Assembly (NCBI GenBank): GCA_965116905.1
Contig: OZ220732.1
Span: forward strand, 2,080,001-2,144,000
Length of the DNA stretch: 64,000 nucleotides
Source: Longimicrobiales bacterium
Lineage (GTDB): Bacteria > Gemmatimonadota > Gemmatimonadetes > Longimicrobiales > Gaopeijiaceae
Reading direction: 5' to 3'
The first letter of the stretch is position 1. Each line of letters begins with the position of its first letter. The notes beneath the pieces are model-generated. The model was not told the DNA's origin and ran no database searches. It saw only the letters and a list, made by a program, of their open reading frames with translations. Made by a program: the position numbers and the translations under genes. This document shows, piece after piece, positions 1 to 10,679 of this stretch.

Positions 1-1074
1 TTCGCCGCCCCCCCGTCGTCGCTCTCGGCGCAGGTGACCCGAGCGGACTCGGCAGCCGTGCTGCTCGCGACTGCGGGGGCATTCGAGGCCGGGGGCGAGC
101 GGGACGTGGCCGAAGCCCTGTACCGCCACATCGCCCAGCGTTTCCCGGGAACCCCCGCCGCCGAAACGGCCCTGGCGCGGCTGGACGGGCGGGTGACCGG
201 GGGCGGCGAGACCGAACTCAGGGTCTGGGCGACCACCTATGGGCTCTGGATGGGTGTGGCGATCCCGCTCGCCCTGGAATCGGAGGAACCCGAGGCGTAT
301 GGGGCCGGATTGCTCCTGGGCGGACCGGCCGGATACCTCGCGGCTCACCAGTTCGTGCGTTCGCGGCCGGTCTCGCCGGGGCAAGCCCGCGCGATCAGCT
401 GGGGCGGCACCTGGGGCGCCATTCAGGGAGCGGGCTGGGCCATCGTCCTGGACCTCGAAGATGACAGGGTCGAGGACAGGATCTGGTCGATGATCGCTGG
501 CGGGGCGATCGGCACGGTCGGCGGGGTTCTGGCCTCGCGGCACGAAATCACGCCCGGCACCGCGACCGCTGCGACCGCGGGCAGCGTGTGGGGCCTGTGG
601 TTCGGAGTGGCGACCTCGGTCCTGGCGGATGCCGGCGAGGATCCGACCGTTGCGGCGGCCATGATCGCCGGCAACGCGGGGCTGGTGGCCGGCGCAGTTG
701 CCGGGAGCCGCCTGCCCCTCAGCCGGGGACGTACCCGCCTGATCAGCCTGGGCGGCGTAATCGGGGGTTTCGCGGGGCTGGGCATGGCGTTGATTGCGGA
801 GGTCGACGACGAGCAGAGCGCGATCGCGCTTCCGCTTGTGGGCAGCATTGCCGGATTGATCGCGGGCGGTGTGCTGACCCGCGGAGAGGACGTGGAGGAC
901 GATCCCTATGACGCGGGAGCTTCCGGCCTCGGTGCGGGTGCGCTCGTCAACTGGACGGGGGGTTCCCTGTCGCTTTCCACGCCGTTGCCCACGCCGACAT
1001 GGGACCTCGCCGCCAGGGCGCACGGACAATCGGGCCTGTCCTGGCAGATCCCGCTGCTGAACGCGCGCTTCTAG
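1..1074 (+). CDS. Hypothetical Gly/Ala-rich multi-helix membrane protein with TPR-like N-terminal segment; 5'-partial
   Basis: Frame is open from base 1 (FAAPPSSLSAQ-VT, resembling a signal peptide end). Contains AEALYRHIAQRFPGTPAA (TPR-like) and many GxxxG hydrophobic helices; ends in Phe. Confidence 0.7.
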   Translation, partial: FAAPPSSLSAQVTRADSAAVLLATAGAFEAGGERDVAEALYRHIAQRFPGTPAAETALARLDGRVTGGGETELRVWATTYGLWMGVAIPLALESEEPEAYGAGLLLGGPAGYLAAHQFVRSRPVSPGQARAISWGGTWGAIQGAGWAIVLDLEDDRVEDRIWSMIAGGAIGTVGGVLASRHEITPGTATAATAGSVWGLWFGVATSVLADAGEDPTVAAAMIAGNAGLVAGAVAGSRLPLSRGRTRLISLGGVIGGFAGLGMALIAEVDDEQSAIALPLVGSIAGLIAGGVLTRGEDVEDDPYDAGASGLGAGALVNWTGGSLSLSTPLPTPTWDLAARAHGQSGLSWQIPLLNARF

Positions 1075-1093
1075 TCCACGCGCTTCCAATCCA
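1064..1093. repeat. 15-nt tandem duplication spanning a stop codon
   Basis: CGCGCTTCTAGTCCA / CGCGCTTCCAATCCA. Confidence 0.6.
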
Positions 1094-1099
1094 CGAGTC

Positions 1100-3232
1100 C
1101 TAGTACCCCGCCAGCCCCAGAATCCCCTCCAGAACGTCATCCGCCTGGGGCAGGATGGCCTTTTCCAGCTGCGGCGAAAACGCGACCCACGTGTCCAGCG
1201 CGGCGACGCGCCGCACGGGCCCGTCGAGCCACGGGAACAGTTCGTCCGCGATCAGCGCGGCGATTTCCGATCCGATCCCCCACGACAGGGCGTCCTCGTA
1301 CGCGACCATCACCTTGTTGGTGCGGCGCACGCTGTCGCCGATGGTCTCCATGTCGAGCGGGGACAGGGAGCGCAGGTCGATCACCTCGGTGCTCACCCCG
1401 TGCCGCTTTTCGGCCACGCGGGCCGCGTCCATGGTGCGCTTCACGAGGGCGCCGCAGGTGACAACGGTAAGGTCCCGGCCGCGCCGCACCACCTTGGCCT
1501 TTCCGAACGGAATCATGTAGTCCGGGCCGGGGTCGGCGCCCTTGTTGTGGACCTGACGGTAGAGGTGCTTGTGTTCGAGGAACATGACCGGGTCGTCACA
1601 GCGGATCGCGGTGCGCAGCAGGCCGTTGGCGTCGAGCGCGTTCGAGGGAAGCACGACGCGCAGACCGTGCGTGTGCGCGAACAGCGTCGGCGCGGTCTGC
1701 GAGTGGTACATTCCCCCCTTGATGTAGCCCCCGTAGGTCGTCCGCACGACGACGGGTGCGGCCCACTTGCCGGCCGACCGGTAGCGCATCGTGGCCAGCT
1801 CGTTTCGAATCTGCATGAACGCGGGCCAGATGTAGTCCACGAACTGGATCTCCGCGACGGGTTTGAGCCCGCGGGCCGCCATGCCGACCGCCCGGCCGAT
1901 GATGTTGGCTTCGGCGAGAGGGGCATTGTAGACGCGGTCGCTGCCAAAGCGCGACTGCAATCCGTGCGTCACCTTGAAGACGCCGCCCTTGCCCTTCACC
2001 TCGCCGAGGGCCTGCTCGCGTGAGACATCGGCGACGTCCTGGCCGAAGACGATGATCCTCGGGTCGCGCTCCATCTCGGAGCGGAGGCAGCGGTTCAGGA
2101 GGTCGACCATTGTCAACGGACGATCGTCGGCGATGACCGGGCGGTCCTCGGTGTCGAAGTCGCGGCCGGTCGGATCGACCGCCTCGGAGTAGAGCCACTT
2201 CGTGGCCGTGTCCACGGGAGGCTGAGGATGCTCCAGGGCCTGGTCCGCCGCGGCCGCCACCGCCGCCCGGACGTCGGCCTCCATGCGGTCGAGTTCCTCG
2301 GGGGTGGCCGCGCCCGTGTCGATGAGAAGCCGCCGTGCCTTCCGCAGGGGATCGCGGCGATCCTGCGCCTCCCGCTCGGCCGGAGTCCGGTACACGGTCT
2401 CGTCGTCCGATCCGGAATGGGAGTACGGGCGGGTCGTGTGGGCGTGCAGCAGCGCAGGTCCCCGGCGTTCCCGGCACCACGCCACGGCCTCGCGCGCGGC
2501 CCGGTGGCTTTCGAGCAGGTCGGTCCCGTCACACTCGACGATCTTCAGATCCGGGAAGCCGGTGAGCAGCCGCGATACGTTGCCGCCGGCGGTCTGCACC
2601 TCGACCGGGACCGAGATCGCGTACTCGTTGTCCTCGATCAGGAACAGGATGGGCAGCTTGAGGTTGCAGGCCGTGTTGAGCGCCTCCCAGAACTCGCCCT
2701 CCGAGGTGGTTCCGTCGCCCGCGGTGCAGAGCACGATCTCGTCGTCCGCGAAGGACCCGACGTGGTTCCGCAATTCGGGTGTGCGGCTTGCCCGGAGTCC
2801 GGCTTCAGCGCATCCCACGGCGTGCAGGAACTGCGTCCCCGTGGGTGAAGACGACGATACGATGTTGAGGCGGTCGTCGGCAAAATGGGCCGGCATCTGG
2901 CGGCCCCCGCTCGCCGGATCCGCCTCGGCTCCCATGCCCTGCAGCAGCTGCTCCATCGGAGGCACGCCGAGCGCGAGGGCGAGCGCCCGGTCGCGGTAGT
3001 AGAGCAGGAACCAGTCCGACGCTGGCCGCAGGAAATCGGCGAGCGCCACCTGAATCGCCTCGTGGCCGGCGCCGGCGATCAGGAAGAAGACCTTGCCCTG
3101 CTTGTAGAGCTTGGCCTCGCGATCGTCGATGTTGCGCGCCGTGACCATCGTCCGGTACCAGCGCAGCAGCGTATCAGGGCCTGGAAGGTCGGATTCGACG
3201 TCCGAGCCGAGCTCGTGTTCCAGTGTGGCCAT
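1100..3232 (-). CDS. 2-oxoacid (probably branched-chain) dehydrogenase E1, fused alpha+beta
   Basis: TPP motif GDGTTSEG...DN, GRQMPAH, HSGSDD; beta half FGQDV, PLAEANI, EIQFVDY, FLEHK. Start moved to MATLEH (GGGAG upstream). Confidence 0.9.
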   Translation of the reverse strand: MATLEHELGSDVESDLPGPDTLLRWYRTMVTARNIDDREAKLYKQGKVFFLIAGAGHEAIQVALADFLRPASDWFLLYYRDRALALALGVPPMEQLLQGMGAEADPASGGRQMPAHFADDRLNIVSSSSPTGTQFLHAVGCAEAGLRASRTPELRNHVGSFADDEIVLCTAGDGTTSEGEFWEALNTACNLKLPILFLIEDNEYAISVPVEVQTAGGNVSRLLTGFPDLKIVECDGTDLLESHRAAREAVAWCRERRGPALLHAHTTRPYSHSGSDDETVYRTPAEREAQDRRDPLRKARRLLIDTGAATPEELDRMEADVRAAVAAAADQALEHPQPPVDTATKWLYSEAVDPTGRDFDTEDRPVIADDRPLTMVDLLNRCLRSEMERDPRIIVFGQDVADVSREQALGEVKGKGGVFKVTHGLQSRFGSDRVYNAPLAEANIIGRAVGMAARGLKPVAEIQFVDYIWPAFMQIRNELATMRYRSAGKWAAPVVVRTTYGGYIKGGMYHSQTAPTLFAHTHGLRVVLPSNALDANGLLRTAIRCDDPVMFLEHKHLYRQVHNKGADPGPDYMIPFGKAKVVRRGRDLTVVTCGALVKRTMDAARVAEKRHGVSTEVIDLRSLSPLDMETIGDSVRRTNKVMVAYEDALSWGIGSEIAALIADELFPWLDGPVRRVAALDTWVAFSPQLEKAILPQADDVLEGILGLAGY

Positions 3233-3261
3233 GTACTCCCGTAATTGCGGTGGTTGGGGAC

Positions 3262-5322
3262 TCAACCGCCTACGCTGACAGACTGGGCCTGTTTCAGCGC
3301 GGTGTCCAGTGCTTCGGTGGAGGCCGCCGGCTCCTGGCAGGTGTTTCCGTGACAGACGAAAACTTCGCCCACCCTGTCCGCGCGCTCCTCCAGGGCGGGC
3401 AGCCTTGCGACCGCCGGATCCGCCGGGTCGCCGCCGACGATGATCCGGTTTGGATGGGGATCCCTGTGTGCCCGGCCGTGCATGCCGTCGACGCGCTCGA
3501 GGGGTCCCACCAGCACAATCTCCAGCCGTGGAGTCTCGCACATGATCGCCGCGGAGAGAAGACGTCCTGCCGCCTGGGGATACCGCTCCATCATCCCGCG
3601 CTCGCGTTTCAGGACTCTCTCGGCCAGACCGGCGTGCCGCGTGTTGCCGGTCAGCGCCGCCAGGCGCGCCAGCAGCTCGGTCGCCAGGGAATTGCCGGAC
3701 GGCGTGGCGTTGTCCATGATGTCGCGGGGCCGCACGAGCAGCCCCGTTTCGTCGGCCGGCGCGTCATGGAAGAGGCCTTCGGCGTCGGACCAGAATCGTT
3801 CGACCATGGTGGCCGCGATCCGGTCCGCATTCGCCAGCCAGCGCGGATCGAGGGTCGCTTCGTAGAGGGACAGACAGGCGTTTCCAAGCGAGCCGTAGTC
3901 CTCCAGGAAGCCGTCGATGTGGACGCGGCCCGCCGCGAAGATGCGTTGCAGGCGGTCGCCGGTCCCCACGGTTTCGAGCAGGAATGCGGCCGCCCGTTCC
4001 GCCGCCCGGGTGTAGTCGGGGCGCCCGAGGGCGGGTCCGGCCTCGGCCAGCGCGCGGATGGCGAAGCCGTTCCAGGATGTGATCACCTTCTCGTCGCGCA
4101 GGGGCTCGGGCCGCTTGCTCCGGCGCGCCTTCAGGACGTCGAGTGACTCGCGGAGCAGACGGTCGAGTTCGTCGCGCCGGATTCCCTCCTGCCGCGAGAT
4201 CGCGTCGAGATCGTGAGGCAGGTGCAGGATGTTGCGCCCCTCGAAGTTGCCGGCGTCGCTGACGTCGTAGACGCGCGACAGCAGACGTGCCGCATCGGGC
4301 TCCAGCACGTTGCGGATCTGGCCGGGGGTCCACAGGTAGAAGGCGCCCTCCTCCCCTTCCGAATCCGCGTCGCGGGCGGAATAGAAGGCGCCCTCGGGCG
4401 AAGTGAGGTCCTCCAGCACGTAGTCGAGCACCTCCTCGGCGACCGGCCCCATCCCCTCGGCGCCCAGCAGATGCGCGCGCGTCAGTGCCCGGGCGATGAG
4501 GGCGTTGTCGTAGAGCATCTTCTCGAAGTGGGGGACCAGCCAGCGCGCGTCGACCGAGTAACGGTGGAAGCCCCCGCCGACGTGGTCGCGGAGGCCGCCG
4601 GCCGCCATGCGCGAGAGCGTGTGCGTGGCCATGGACACCCCGTGTGATTGCGGGCCGCCGGTACGCAGCAGGAAGTCGAGGAACACCGGCTGGGGGAACT
4701 TGGGCGCGGTCCCGAAGCCGCCGTTCGAGGGGTCGAACGTTCTGCCGGCGGACGAGACCGCGTGCGCGAAGATCCTGCCGTCCGGGTCGTCGAAGTGGCC
4801 GGACGCCGGCTGCGCCTCGGTTGCGCTGCGGGCCAGTATCCCGGTCAGGTGGTCCCCGCGGCTCGCCACCTCCTCTCGCCGCGTCGCGTAGGCGTCGGCG
4901 GCGGCGCGCAGGACCTGCCGGAACGACGGCATGCCGTGCCGGGGCGCGGGGGGGAAGTAGGTGCCGCCGTAGAATGGAACGCCTTCCGGCGTGAGGAAGG
5001 CCGTCAGCGGCCACCCGCCCTGGCCCGTCATGGCCTGGACCGCGCGCATGTAGATCGAATCGACATCCGGACGTTCTTCGCGGTCCACCTTGATGTTGAC
5101 GAAGTGCCGGTTCATGAGGCGCGCGGTCTCGTTGTCCTCGAACGACTCGCGCTCCATGACGTGGCACCAGTGGCATGCCGAATAGCCGATCGAAAGGAGG
5201 ATCGGGCGGTCGTTCTCGCGGGCAAGGGCGAGTGCTTCATCGCCCCACGGGTACCAGTCGACGGGGTTTTCGGCGTGTTGGAGCAGATAGGGACTGGTTT
5301 CGAGGCCGAGGCGGTTGCTCAT
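3262..5322 (-). CDS. YyaL/SPATA20-family thioredoxin-domain protein (DUF255)
   Basis: [50 protein letters not shown]. Confidence 0.93.
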   Translation of the reverse strand: MSNRLGLETSPYLLQHAENPVDWYPWGDEALALARENDRPILLSIGYSACHWCHVMERESFEDNETARLMNRHFVNIKVDREERPDVDSIYMRAVQAMTGQGGWPLTAFLTPEGVPFYGGTYFPPAPRHGMPSFRQVLRAAADAYATRREEVASRGDHLTGILARSATEAQPASGHFDDPDGRIFAHAVSSAGRTFDPSNGGFGTAPKFPQPVFLDFLLRTGGPQSHGVSMATHTLSRMAAGGLRDHVGGGFHRYSVDARWLVPHFEKMLYDNALIARALTRAHLLGAEGMGPVAEEVLDYVLEDLTSPEGAFYSARDADSEGEEGAFYLWTPGQIRNVLEPDAARLLSRVYDVSDAGNFEGRNILHLPHDLDAISRQEGIRRDELDRLLRESLDVLKARRSKRPEPLRDEKVITSWNGFAIRALAEAGPALGRPDYTRAAERAAAFLLETVGTGDRLQRIFAAGRVHIDGFLEDYGSLGNACLSLYEATLDPRWLANADRIAATMVERFWSDAEGLFHDAPADETGLLVRPRDIMDNATPSGNSLATELLARLAALTGNTRHAGLAERVLKRERGMMERYPQAAGRLLSAAIMCETPRLEIVLVGPLERVDGMHGRAHRDPHPNRIIVGGDPADPAVARLPALEERADRVGEVFVCHGNTCQEPAASTEALDTALKQAQSVSVGG

Positions 5323-5330
5323 GGGGAACG

Positions 5331-5336
5331 AAGCTA
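5331..5336 (-). promoter_or_regulatory. Putative -10 element (TAGCTT) 8 nt upstream of the yyaL-like start
   Basis: Minus strand reads TAGCTT-cgttcccc-ATG, with no SD sequence. Confidence 0.4.
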
Positions 5337-5427
5337 GCTCGACGGCGGCGGCAGGGCGAGTGGCCGCCGGGGCCCGGTCAGCGCGGTTGGTTGTGCCGTG
5401 GCAGTGTCGGTGAGAGCTTTCCCCCCA

Positions 5428-6234
5428 ATGATTCGCCCTTTCGTCCTCCTCGCGCTCAAGCGCCCGCGGCTGTGGCCCGCGCTGGTATCGGCGGCGTGGG
5501 CGTTTCGCCCCAGGGGCTGGTATCGCCGGGCGCCCTTTCTGCCCCTTCCTTCAGAGTCGTACATGCGCTGGCGGCTGGAGACCGCGTACGGCGACCCGGA
5601 GGCGGTGCCGCCGGCCGACGAGATCGAGCGCTTCGTCACCTGGTCGGCGGACATGCGGCGTCGCATGCGGCCGCGAGGTCTGGTGCCGGTGTGGGCGAAG
5701 ATCCTGCTGATCGCAGCGCTGGTGGGCCTGGTTGCGTGGGTCAACCTCCGCGCCGGTGAGCTGGCGGGGCTGCGCGAGGCCGTGGCCGCCGCGGGCTACT
5801 GGGGGCTGCTTGGCGTGTCGGTGGTCAGCGGCTTCAACCTGGTCGCGCCCATACCCGTCGCGGTCTTCTACCCGTTCCTGATGGAGTCCGGGTTCGCGCC
5901 CGTTCCCACGCTGGCGACGATCGCGCTGGGCATGACCCTGGGCGACCTGCTGGGATACCTGATCGGCGACGCCACCCGTGAACTGGCGCACGATCGATTG
6001 GCGGGCATCCGGGCGCGCGCGGAAGCGCTGCACGCCCGCCACCGGTTCCTGCCTCTGGGCCTCATGTTCCTCTATGCGGCGTTCGCGCCGTTCCCGAACG
6101 AACTGCTCGTGATCCCGATGGCCTTCATGCGGTACTCGCTGATCGGGGTCATGACCGCGGTGCTGTGCGGGAATGTCGTCTTCAACACGATGGTCGCCCT
6201 CGGGGTGTCCTGGATCCTCGGGCCGGGTACCTGA
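5428..6234 (+). CDS. Membrane protein: uncharacterised N-terminal domain plus DedA/VTT-like membrane domain
   Basis: N-terminal [27 protein letters not shown]-terminal TM helices with [13 protein letters not shown] and PFPNELL, as in DedA/SNARE-associated proteins. Confidence 0.6.
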   Translation: MIRPFVLLALKRPRLWPALVSAAWAFRPRGWYRRAPFLPLPSESYMRWRLETAYGDPEAVPPADEIERFVTWSADMRRRMRPRGLVPVWAKILLIAALVGLVAWVNLRAGELAGLREAVAAAGYWGLLGVSVVSGFNLVAPIPVAVFYPFLMESGFAPVPTLATIALGMTLGDLLGYLIGDATRELAHDRLAGIRARAEALHARHRFLPLGLMFLYAAFAPFPNELLVIPMAFMRYSLIGVMTAVLCGNVVFNTMVALGVSWILGPGT

Positions 6235-6236
6235 CC

Positions 6237-6845
6237 ATGGTGATCGTGGGCCTGACGGGGAATGTGGCGGCTGGAAAATCGACCGTCGCCGAGCTGTGGC
6301 GCGACGCCGGGATACCCGTGGCGTCGGCCGATGGGCTGGCGCGCACGGCCGTGGAGCCGGAGACCGCCGCGCTCGAGCAGATCGTCGACCTTTTCGGGCA
6401 TGACGTGTTGAAGGAGGACGGCTCGCTGGACCGCGCGGCCGTGCGCCGGCGGGTCTTTCGGGACGAAGAGGTGCTACGGCGCCTGGAAGCGATCGTCCAC
6501 CCCGAGGTCAGGCGCCTGCGGGACGAATGGACCGCGGACCGGAGAGCGGAGGGAGCGCCCCTGGTGGTGTGGGAAATCCCGCTGCTGTTCGAGACGGGGA
6601 CGGAGGCCGAGGTGGATGTCGTCGTCGTCGTGGACGCACCGGCGGAAGTGCGGCGGCGGCGCATCGTCGAGACGAGGGGAATGACGCCGGAGGAGGCGGA
6701 GGCCGTGATGGCCGCGCAGCAGCCTTCCGAAGCGAAGCGGTCGAAGGCCGACATCGTGCTGGACAACGGGAGGGGACCTGAGGAATTGGCCGCTGCAGCC
6801 GCCGAGGCACTGCAGGGGCTGCGGGCGCGGAGCACGCGACGGTGA
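6237..6845 (+). CDS. coaE: Dephospho-CoA kinase
   Basis: GLTGNVAAGKST P-loop, LDR, LEAIVHP, EIPLLFE. Confidence 0.95.
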   Translation: MVIVGLTGNVAAGKSTVAELWRDAGIPVASADGLARTAVEPETAALEQIVDLFGHDVLKEDGSLDRAAVRRRVFRDEEVLRRLEAIVHPEVRRLRDEWTADRRAEGAPLVVWEIPLLFETGTEAEVDVVVVVDAPAEVRRRRIVETRGMTPEEAEAVMAAQQPSEAKRSKADIVLDNGRGPEELAAAAAEALQGLRARSTRR

Positions 6846-7909
6846 CGGGCGCGCACGAGGACCGAGCGCGGGCCCAGCGCGGCATGCGATTCGACGAAGT
6901 GCTCAGCCGTCTGGACGCGGCCTCCTCGGTGGTCATCACGACGCACGCAAACGCGGATGGCGACGGGGCCGGCTCCGAGATCGCGCTCGCGGCGTTCCTG
7001 CGGGCGCGTGGGGCCGACGCGTGGATCGTGAATCCGACGCCCTTCCCCGAGAGCCTCGACTTTCTGCTCCCGGACCGGGGGTGGGTCCTGCCGCCCAGGA
7101 GCTCGCGCGAGGCGCGGTACTGCAGTGAGGCCGACCTCGCGGTTGTGCTCGACACCGCCCAGGTCCCCCGCATCGGCAGGGTCAAGTCGCTGATCCGACA
7201 CCTCCCCAAGGTCGTGATCGACCACCATCCCCCTTCGAACCGGCCGATCGACGGCCTCGTCGTCTGCGATACGTCCGCGTGCGCAACCGGCGCTCTGGTC
7301 TTCGAACTCATCGATCGGGCCGGCGGTCCGTGGCCGCCGCCGGTCGCGCACGCGCTGTACGTGGCCGTCATGACCGACACGGGCGGGTTCCGGTTCTCGA
7401 ACACGGATCGCGACTGCTTCCGCGTCGCGGCCCGGCTGGTGGAGCTCGGTGCCGAGCCGGAAACCCTCTTCCGCGCCGTCTACGGCCGCTTTCGGGTGCG
7501 CCGCTTCGAGCTGCTGCGGGAGGCGCTGGCCACCCTTGCGGTGCACCCGGACGGCCGGATCGCATGGATGACGGTTCCGAAGGACGCGTACGACCGCGTG
7601 GGAGCGGCCGTCGACGACCTGGAGGGGTTTGTGGACGTGCCGCGCGACATAGACGGAGTCCAGGTGGCGATGCTCTTTCGCACCACGGCGGACGGGAGAA
7701 TCAAGGTCTCGCTCCGGTCGGTGCCGCCGATCGATGTGGGGACGGTTGCGGCCGGGTTCGGTGGCGGGGGGCACGCGCGGGCGGCGGCGGCCGTCGTGAC
7801 GGGGCCGCTTGATGACGTGATCGCACGGGTGCTGCGCCGCGTTGAGCGGATTGTGGACGACCAGGGCGCCCGCGCAGGGCATGTCGCCCTTCCGGAGACG
7901 CTAGATTAG
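6842..7909 (+). CDS. nrnA: DHH/DHHA1 nanoRNase / pAp phosphatase
   Basis: THANADGD, IDHH, DTGGF, SLRS, GGGHARAA. Confidence 0.88.
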   Translation: MTGAHEDRARAQRGMRFDEVLSRLDAASSVVITTHANADGDGAGSEIALAAFLRARGADAWIVNPTPFPESLDFLLPDRGWVLPPRSSREARYCSEADLAVVLDTAQVPRIGRVKSLIRHLPKVVIDHHPPSNRPIDGLVVCDTSACATGALVFELIDRAGGPWPPPVAHALYVAVMTDTGGFRFSNTDRDCFRVAARLVELGAEPETLFRAVYGRFRVRRFELLREALATLAVHPDGRIAWMTVPKDAYDRVGAAVDDLEGFVDVPRDIDGVQVAMLFRTTADGRIKVSLRSVPPIDVGTVAAGFGGGGHARAAAAVVTGPLDDVIARVLRRVERIVDDQGARAGHVALPETLD

Positions 7910-7916
7910 TGGGACC

Positions 7917-8387
7917 ATGGCCAGAACTCCCTTCAGCAATGTCCGGGACGATACGGATGTCGACGGACCTGGCGTCCCCGAGGCGCTTCCGCGGACCATC
8001 CGGGAGGTGGGCCATCGGCTGGGGCCGGCCGCGATCGACACGCTGTGGATCTTTCCGCCCATGGTTCGGGGAAGGCGCGAGTGGGGACTGGTCGCGGCGA
8101 GCTGCTTTGATGGCAGCCAGGCGCGGCGGCTCATCACGGCACGCTACTCGGCCCAGCGTACCGGCAGGGGGCTGTACCTGGAATCGCGGCTGCTCGACGA
8201 GGGCGTTGCGCCGGCGGACCGACTGCCCCGCGTGATGGAGGGCGTGGTCAAACGGGGGCCGCGGCCGTTGGGCCGTCCGCGCATGGTCGAGGTTGCGGGG
8301 GGGACCGAGGCCTTCGACGCACTGATGGCGGATTTCGACGGCGAGCTGTTCGAGGAGGCCGTGGCCGGGCCGCGGGTGGCCGGGTGA
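7917..8387 (+). CDS. Hypothetical protein
   Basis: 156-aa ORF tightly packed between nrnA and fur, with normal codon usage. Confidence 0.65.
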   Translation: MARTPFSNVRDDTDVDGPGVPEALPRTIREVGHRLGPAAIDTLWIFPPMVRGRREWGLVAASCFDGSQARRLITARYSAQRTGRGLYLESRLLDEGVAPADRLPRVMEGVVKRGPRPLGRPRMVEVAGGTEAFDALMADFDGELFEEAVAGPRVAG

Positions 8388-8391
8388 CGCG

Positions 8392-8895
8392 ATGAAGGCC
8401 GGCCCCAGGAATATCGAGCCCTACCTGCGCATTTTCGCGCGTTATCTGCGGGAGCAGGGGCTGCCCGTGACCCAGCAGCGCCTGGCGATCGCCAGGGTCG
8501 TGTTCGGCTCGTCCCGGCATCAGTCGGTGGACGATCTGGATGCTGTCCTGCGATCGGGCGGTCTGCGCCTCGGCAAGGCGACGATCTACCGCACCCTCGA
8601 CCTGCTGATCCGCAGCGAACTGGTGGAGGAGCACGACTTTGGAGAGGGCTTCAAGCGGTACGAGCACCGGCTGTCGAGAGATCCCGTCCACCACCACCTG
8701 GTGTGCACCGAGAGCGGCGAAGTGATCGAGTTTCGCAGCGAGGAGATCCGGCGAATCGTCGAGGAGACGGCGGCTCGCCACGGGTTCCGGCCGACGCATC
8801 ACAAGCTCGTGATCTTCGGACTGAGCCGGTCCAGCCAGGAATCGGGGGCAGACGTACCCTCGCGCGGCATCACCTGTCCCATCGAGACGACCTGA
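8392..8895 (+). CDS. fur: Fur-family transcriptional regulator
   Basis: TQQR, H.S, ATIYRTL, HHHLVC...VIEF. Confidence 0.9.
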   Translation: MKAGPRNIEPYLRIFARYLREQGLPVTQQRLAIARVVFGSSRHQSVDDLDAVLRSGGLRLGKATIYRTLDLLIRSELVEEHDFGEGFKRYEHRLSRDPVHHHLVCTESGEVIEFRSEEIRRIVEETAARHGFRPTHHKLVIFGLSRSSQESGADVPSRGITCPIETT

Positions 8896-8907
8896 TCCGG
8901 ACCGGCC

Positions 8908-9921
8908 ATGCCCAACCGCAGGGATCCGGAGGCCGCCGCTCGACAGGGCGCGCAGACGATTCACGACCTGCCCGAGGGTCTCGGCGCCCTGCCGTGGGAG
9001 CTGCCGCGCGTGTTCCTGGGGCTGGATGGCGAAGCGGCCACCCCGGACGGTGCGGCCACCTGGATCCTGCCTGTTCCCTACGAGGCCACCACGAGCTGGG
9101 CTTCCGGGACCCGGCAAGGCCCGCGCGCGATCATCGACGCCTCGCGCTACATCGAGCTCTTCGACCATGAACTCGACCACGACCCCTCGGCCGAGGGCGT
9201 GTACACCTTCCCGGCGCTGGAACTCACGCGCGGCGACGCTTCCCGCGCCATGGAGGAGCTCGAAGGCGCGTGCGGCCGGGTGCTCGACGCGGCCGCGGGC
9301 CGCCGGGTGATCATGATCGGCGGCGAGCATTCGGTCTCCGCGCCCGCCATCCGCGCCCACGCTCGCCGCTCTCGGGAACGCCTTTGCGTGCTGCAGTTCG
9401 ACGCTCACCTCGACCTGCGCGACAGCCTTGACGGGAGCGCGCTTTCGCACGCCTGCGCGATGAAGCGGGTGATCGACGACGTCGATCTGGTCACCGTGGG
9501 CGCCCGCGGGATCAGCGCCGAGGAGTGGCGGGTGGCGCGGAACAGCGACAACGTGGTGGTCATCACCGGCGAGGAGATCGGGGGCGCGCGGGGTATGGGC
9601 GCGCGCGGTGTGGGCGCGCCGGGAGGGCCTCATGACTGGATGGACCGCGCGCTGGAGTCGCTGCACGATCCCGTCTACATCACCTTCGACGTGGATTTCT
9701 TCGATCCGTCACTCGTGCCCGCGACGGGCACACCCGAACCCGGGGGCGGACGGTGGCATCCCACAATCGAATTCCTGCGCCGGGTTTTCGGTGCGCGTCG
9801 CGTCGTCGGGGCCGACATTGTCGAGCACGCGCCGATTCCCGGATTTACGGCCCCGGACTTCCTCGTGGCGAAACTGATCTACAAAATGATCGGGTACTGG
9901 AGCAAAGGTCCTTCTTCATGA
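8908..9921 (+). CDS. speB: Agmatinase (ureohydrolase family)
   Basis: GGEHS, DAHLD, SHA, DVDFFDP, TGTPEPGG. Confidence 0.88.
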   Translation: MPNRRDPEAAARQGAQTIHDLPEGLGALPWELPRVFLGLDGEAATPDGAATWILPVPYEATTSWASGTRQGPRAIIDASRYIELFDHELDHDPSAEGVYTFPALELTRGDASRAMEELEGACGRVLDAAAGRRVIMIGGEHSVSAPAIRAHARRSRERLCVLQFDAHLDLRDSLDGSALSHACAMKRVIDDVDLVTVGARGISAEEWRVARNSDNVVVITGEEIGGARGMGARGVGAPGGPHDWMDRALESLHDPVYITFDVDFFDPSLVPATGTPEPGGGRWHPTIEFLRRVFGARRVVGADIVEHAPIPGFTAPDFLVAKLIYKMIGYWSKGPSS

Positions 9922-10646
9922 ACGAATCCCTCGGCATCGGCATCGTCTTCCTCGCGGGCGTCCTCTCCTTCCTGTCGCCCTGCGTCCTGCCGCTCGTCCC
10001 CAGCTACCTGTCTTTCGTGACAGGCATGTCCCTGGAGGATCTGCAGCAGGGCGTCGACCGGCGCCAGGTCCTGTTGCACTCGGTCCTGTTCGTGATGGGC
10101 TTTACCCTGATCTTCGTGCTGCTGGGCGCCTCGGCGTCGTTCATGGGGCGTTTCCTGAACTACTACAGCGACTGGATCGCCCGGATCGGCGGGATCATCA
10201 TCATCATCCTGGGCCTTCACCTGATGGGCGTCTTCAAGCTGACGCCGCTCATGCGCGAGAAGCGTGTCCACGTCGCGGACAAGCCCACGGGGTACCTGGG
10301 GACGGTGGCGGTAGGCTTCGCGTTCGGGGCGGGTTGGACGCCGTGCATCGGTCCCGTGCTCGGTGCCGTGCTTACGATGGCGGCATCCCAGGAGCAACTG
10401 GGCCAGGGCACGATGCTCCTCTTCGTGTACTCGATGGGGCTCGCGATTCCCTTCATCCTCGCCGCGCTCGCGCTGGAGCGCTTCCTGTCCGCATTCTCTC
10501 GCTTCCGCCGCTTCCTGCCCGCCGTTCAGACCGCGGCCGGGGCGCTCCTGGTGCTGCTCGGCATCCTGCTGGTCACGGGCTCGTTCACCGTGCTCGCGGC
10601 CTGGCTGAATCGTTTCGCACCCGAGTTTCTGCTGGAGCGCATCTAG
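9918..10646 (+). CDS. ccdA: Cytochrome c biogenesis / disulfide-reduction protein CcdA
   Basis: SFLSPCVLPL and WTPCIGP; ATGA overlap with speB. Confidence 0.92.
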   Translation: MNESLGIGIVFLAGVLSFLSPCVLPLVPSYLSFVTGMSLEDLQQGVDRRQVLLHSVLFVMGFTLIFVLLGASASFMGRFLNYYSDWIARIGGIIIIILGLHLMGVFKLTPLMREKRVHVADKPTGYLGTVAVGFAFGAGWTPCIGPVLGAVLTMAASQEQLGQGTMLLFVYSMGLAIPFILAALALERFLSAFSRFRRFLPAVQTAAGALLVLLGILLVTGSFTVLAAWLNRFAPEFLLERI

Positions 10647-10679
10647 CAGCCGGCGGACGCCCCTCCCGGAGATCCCATC

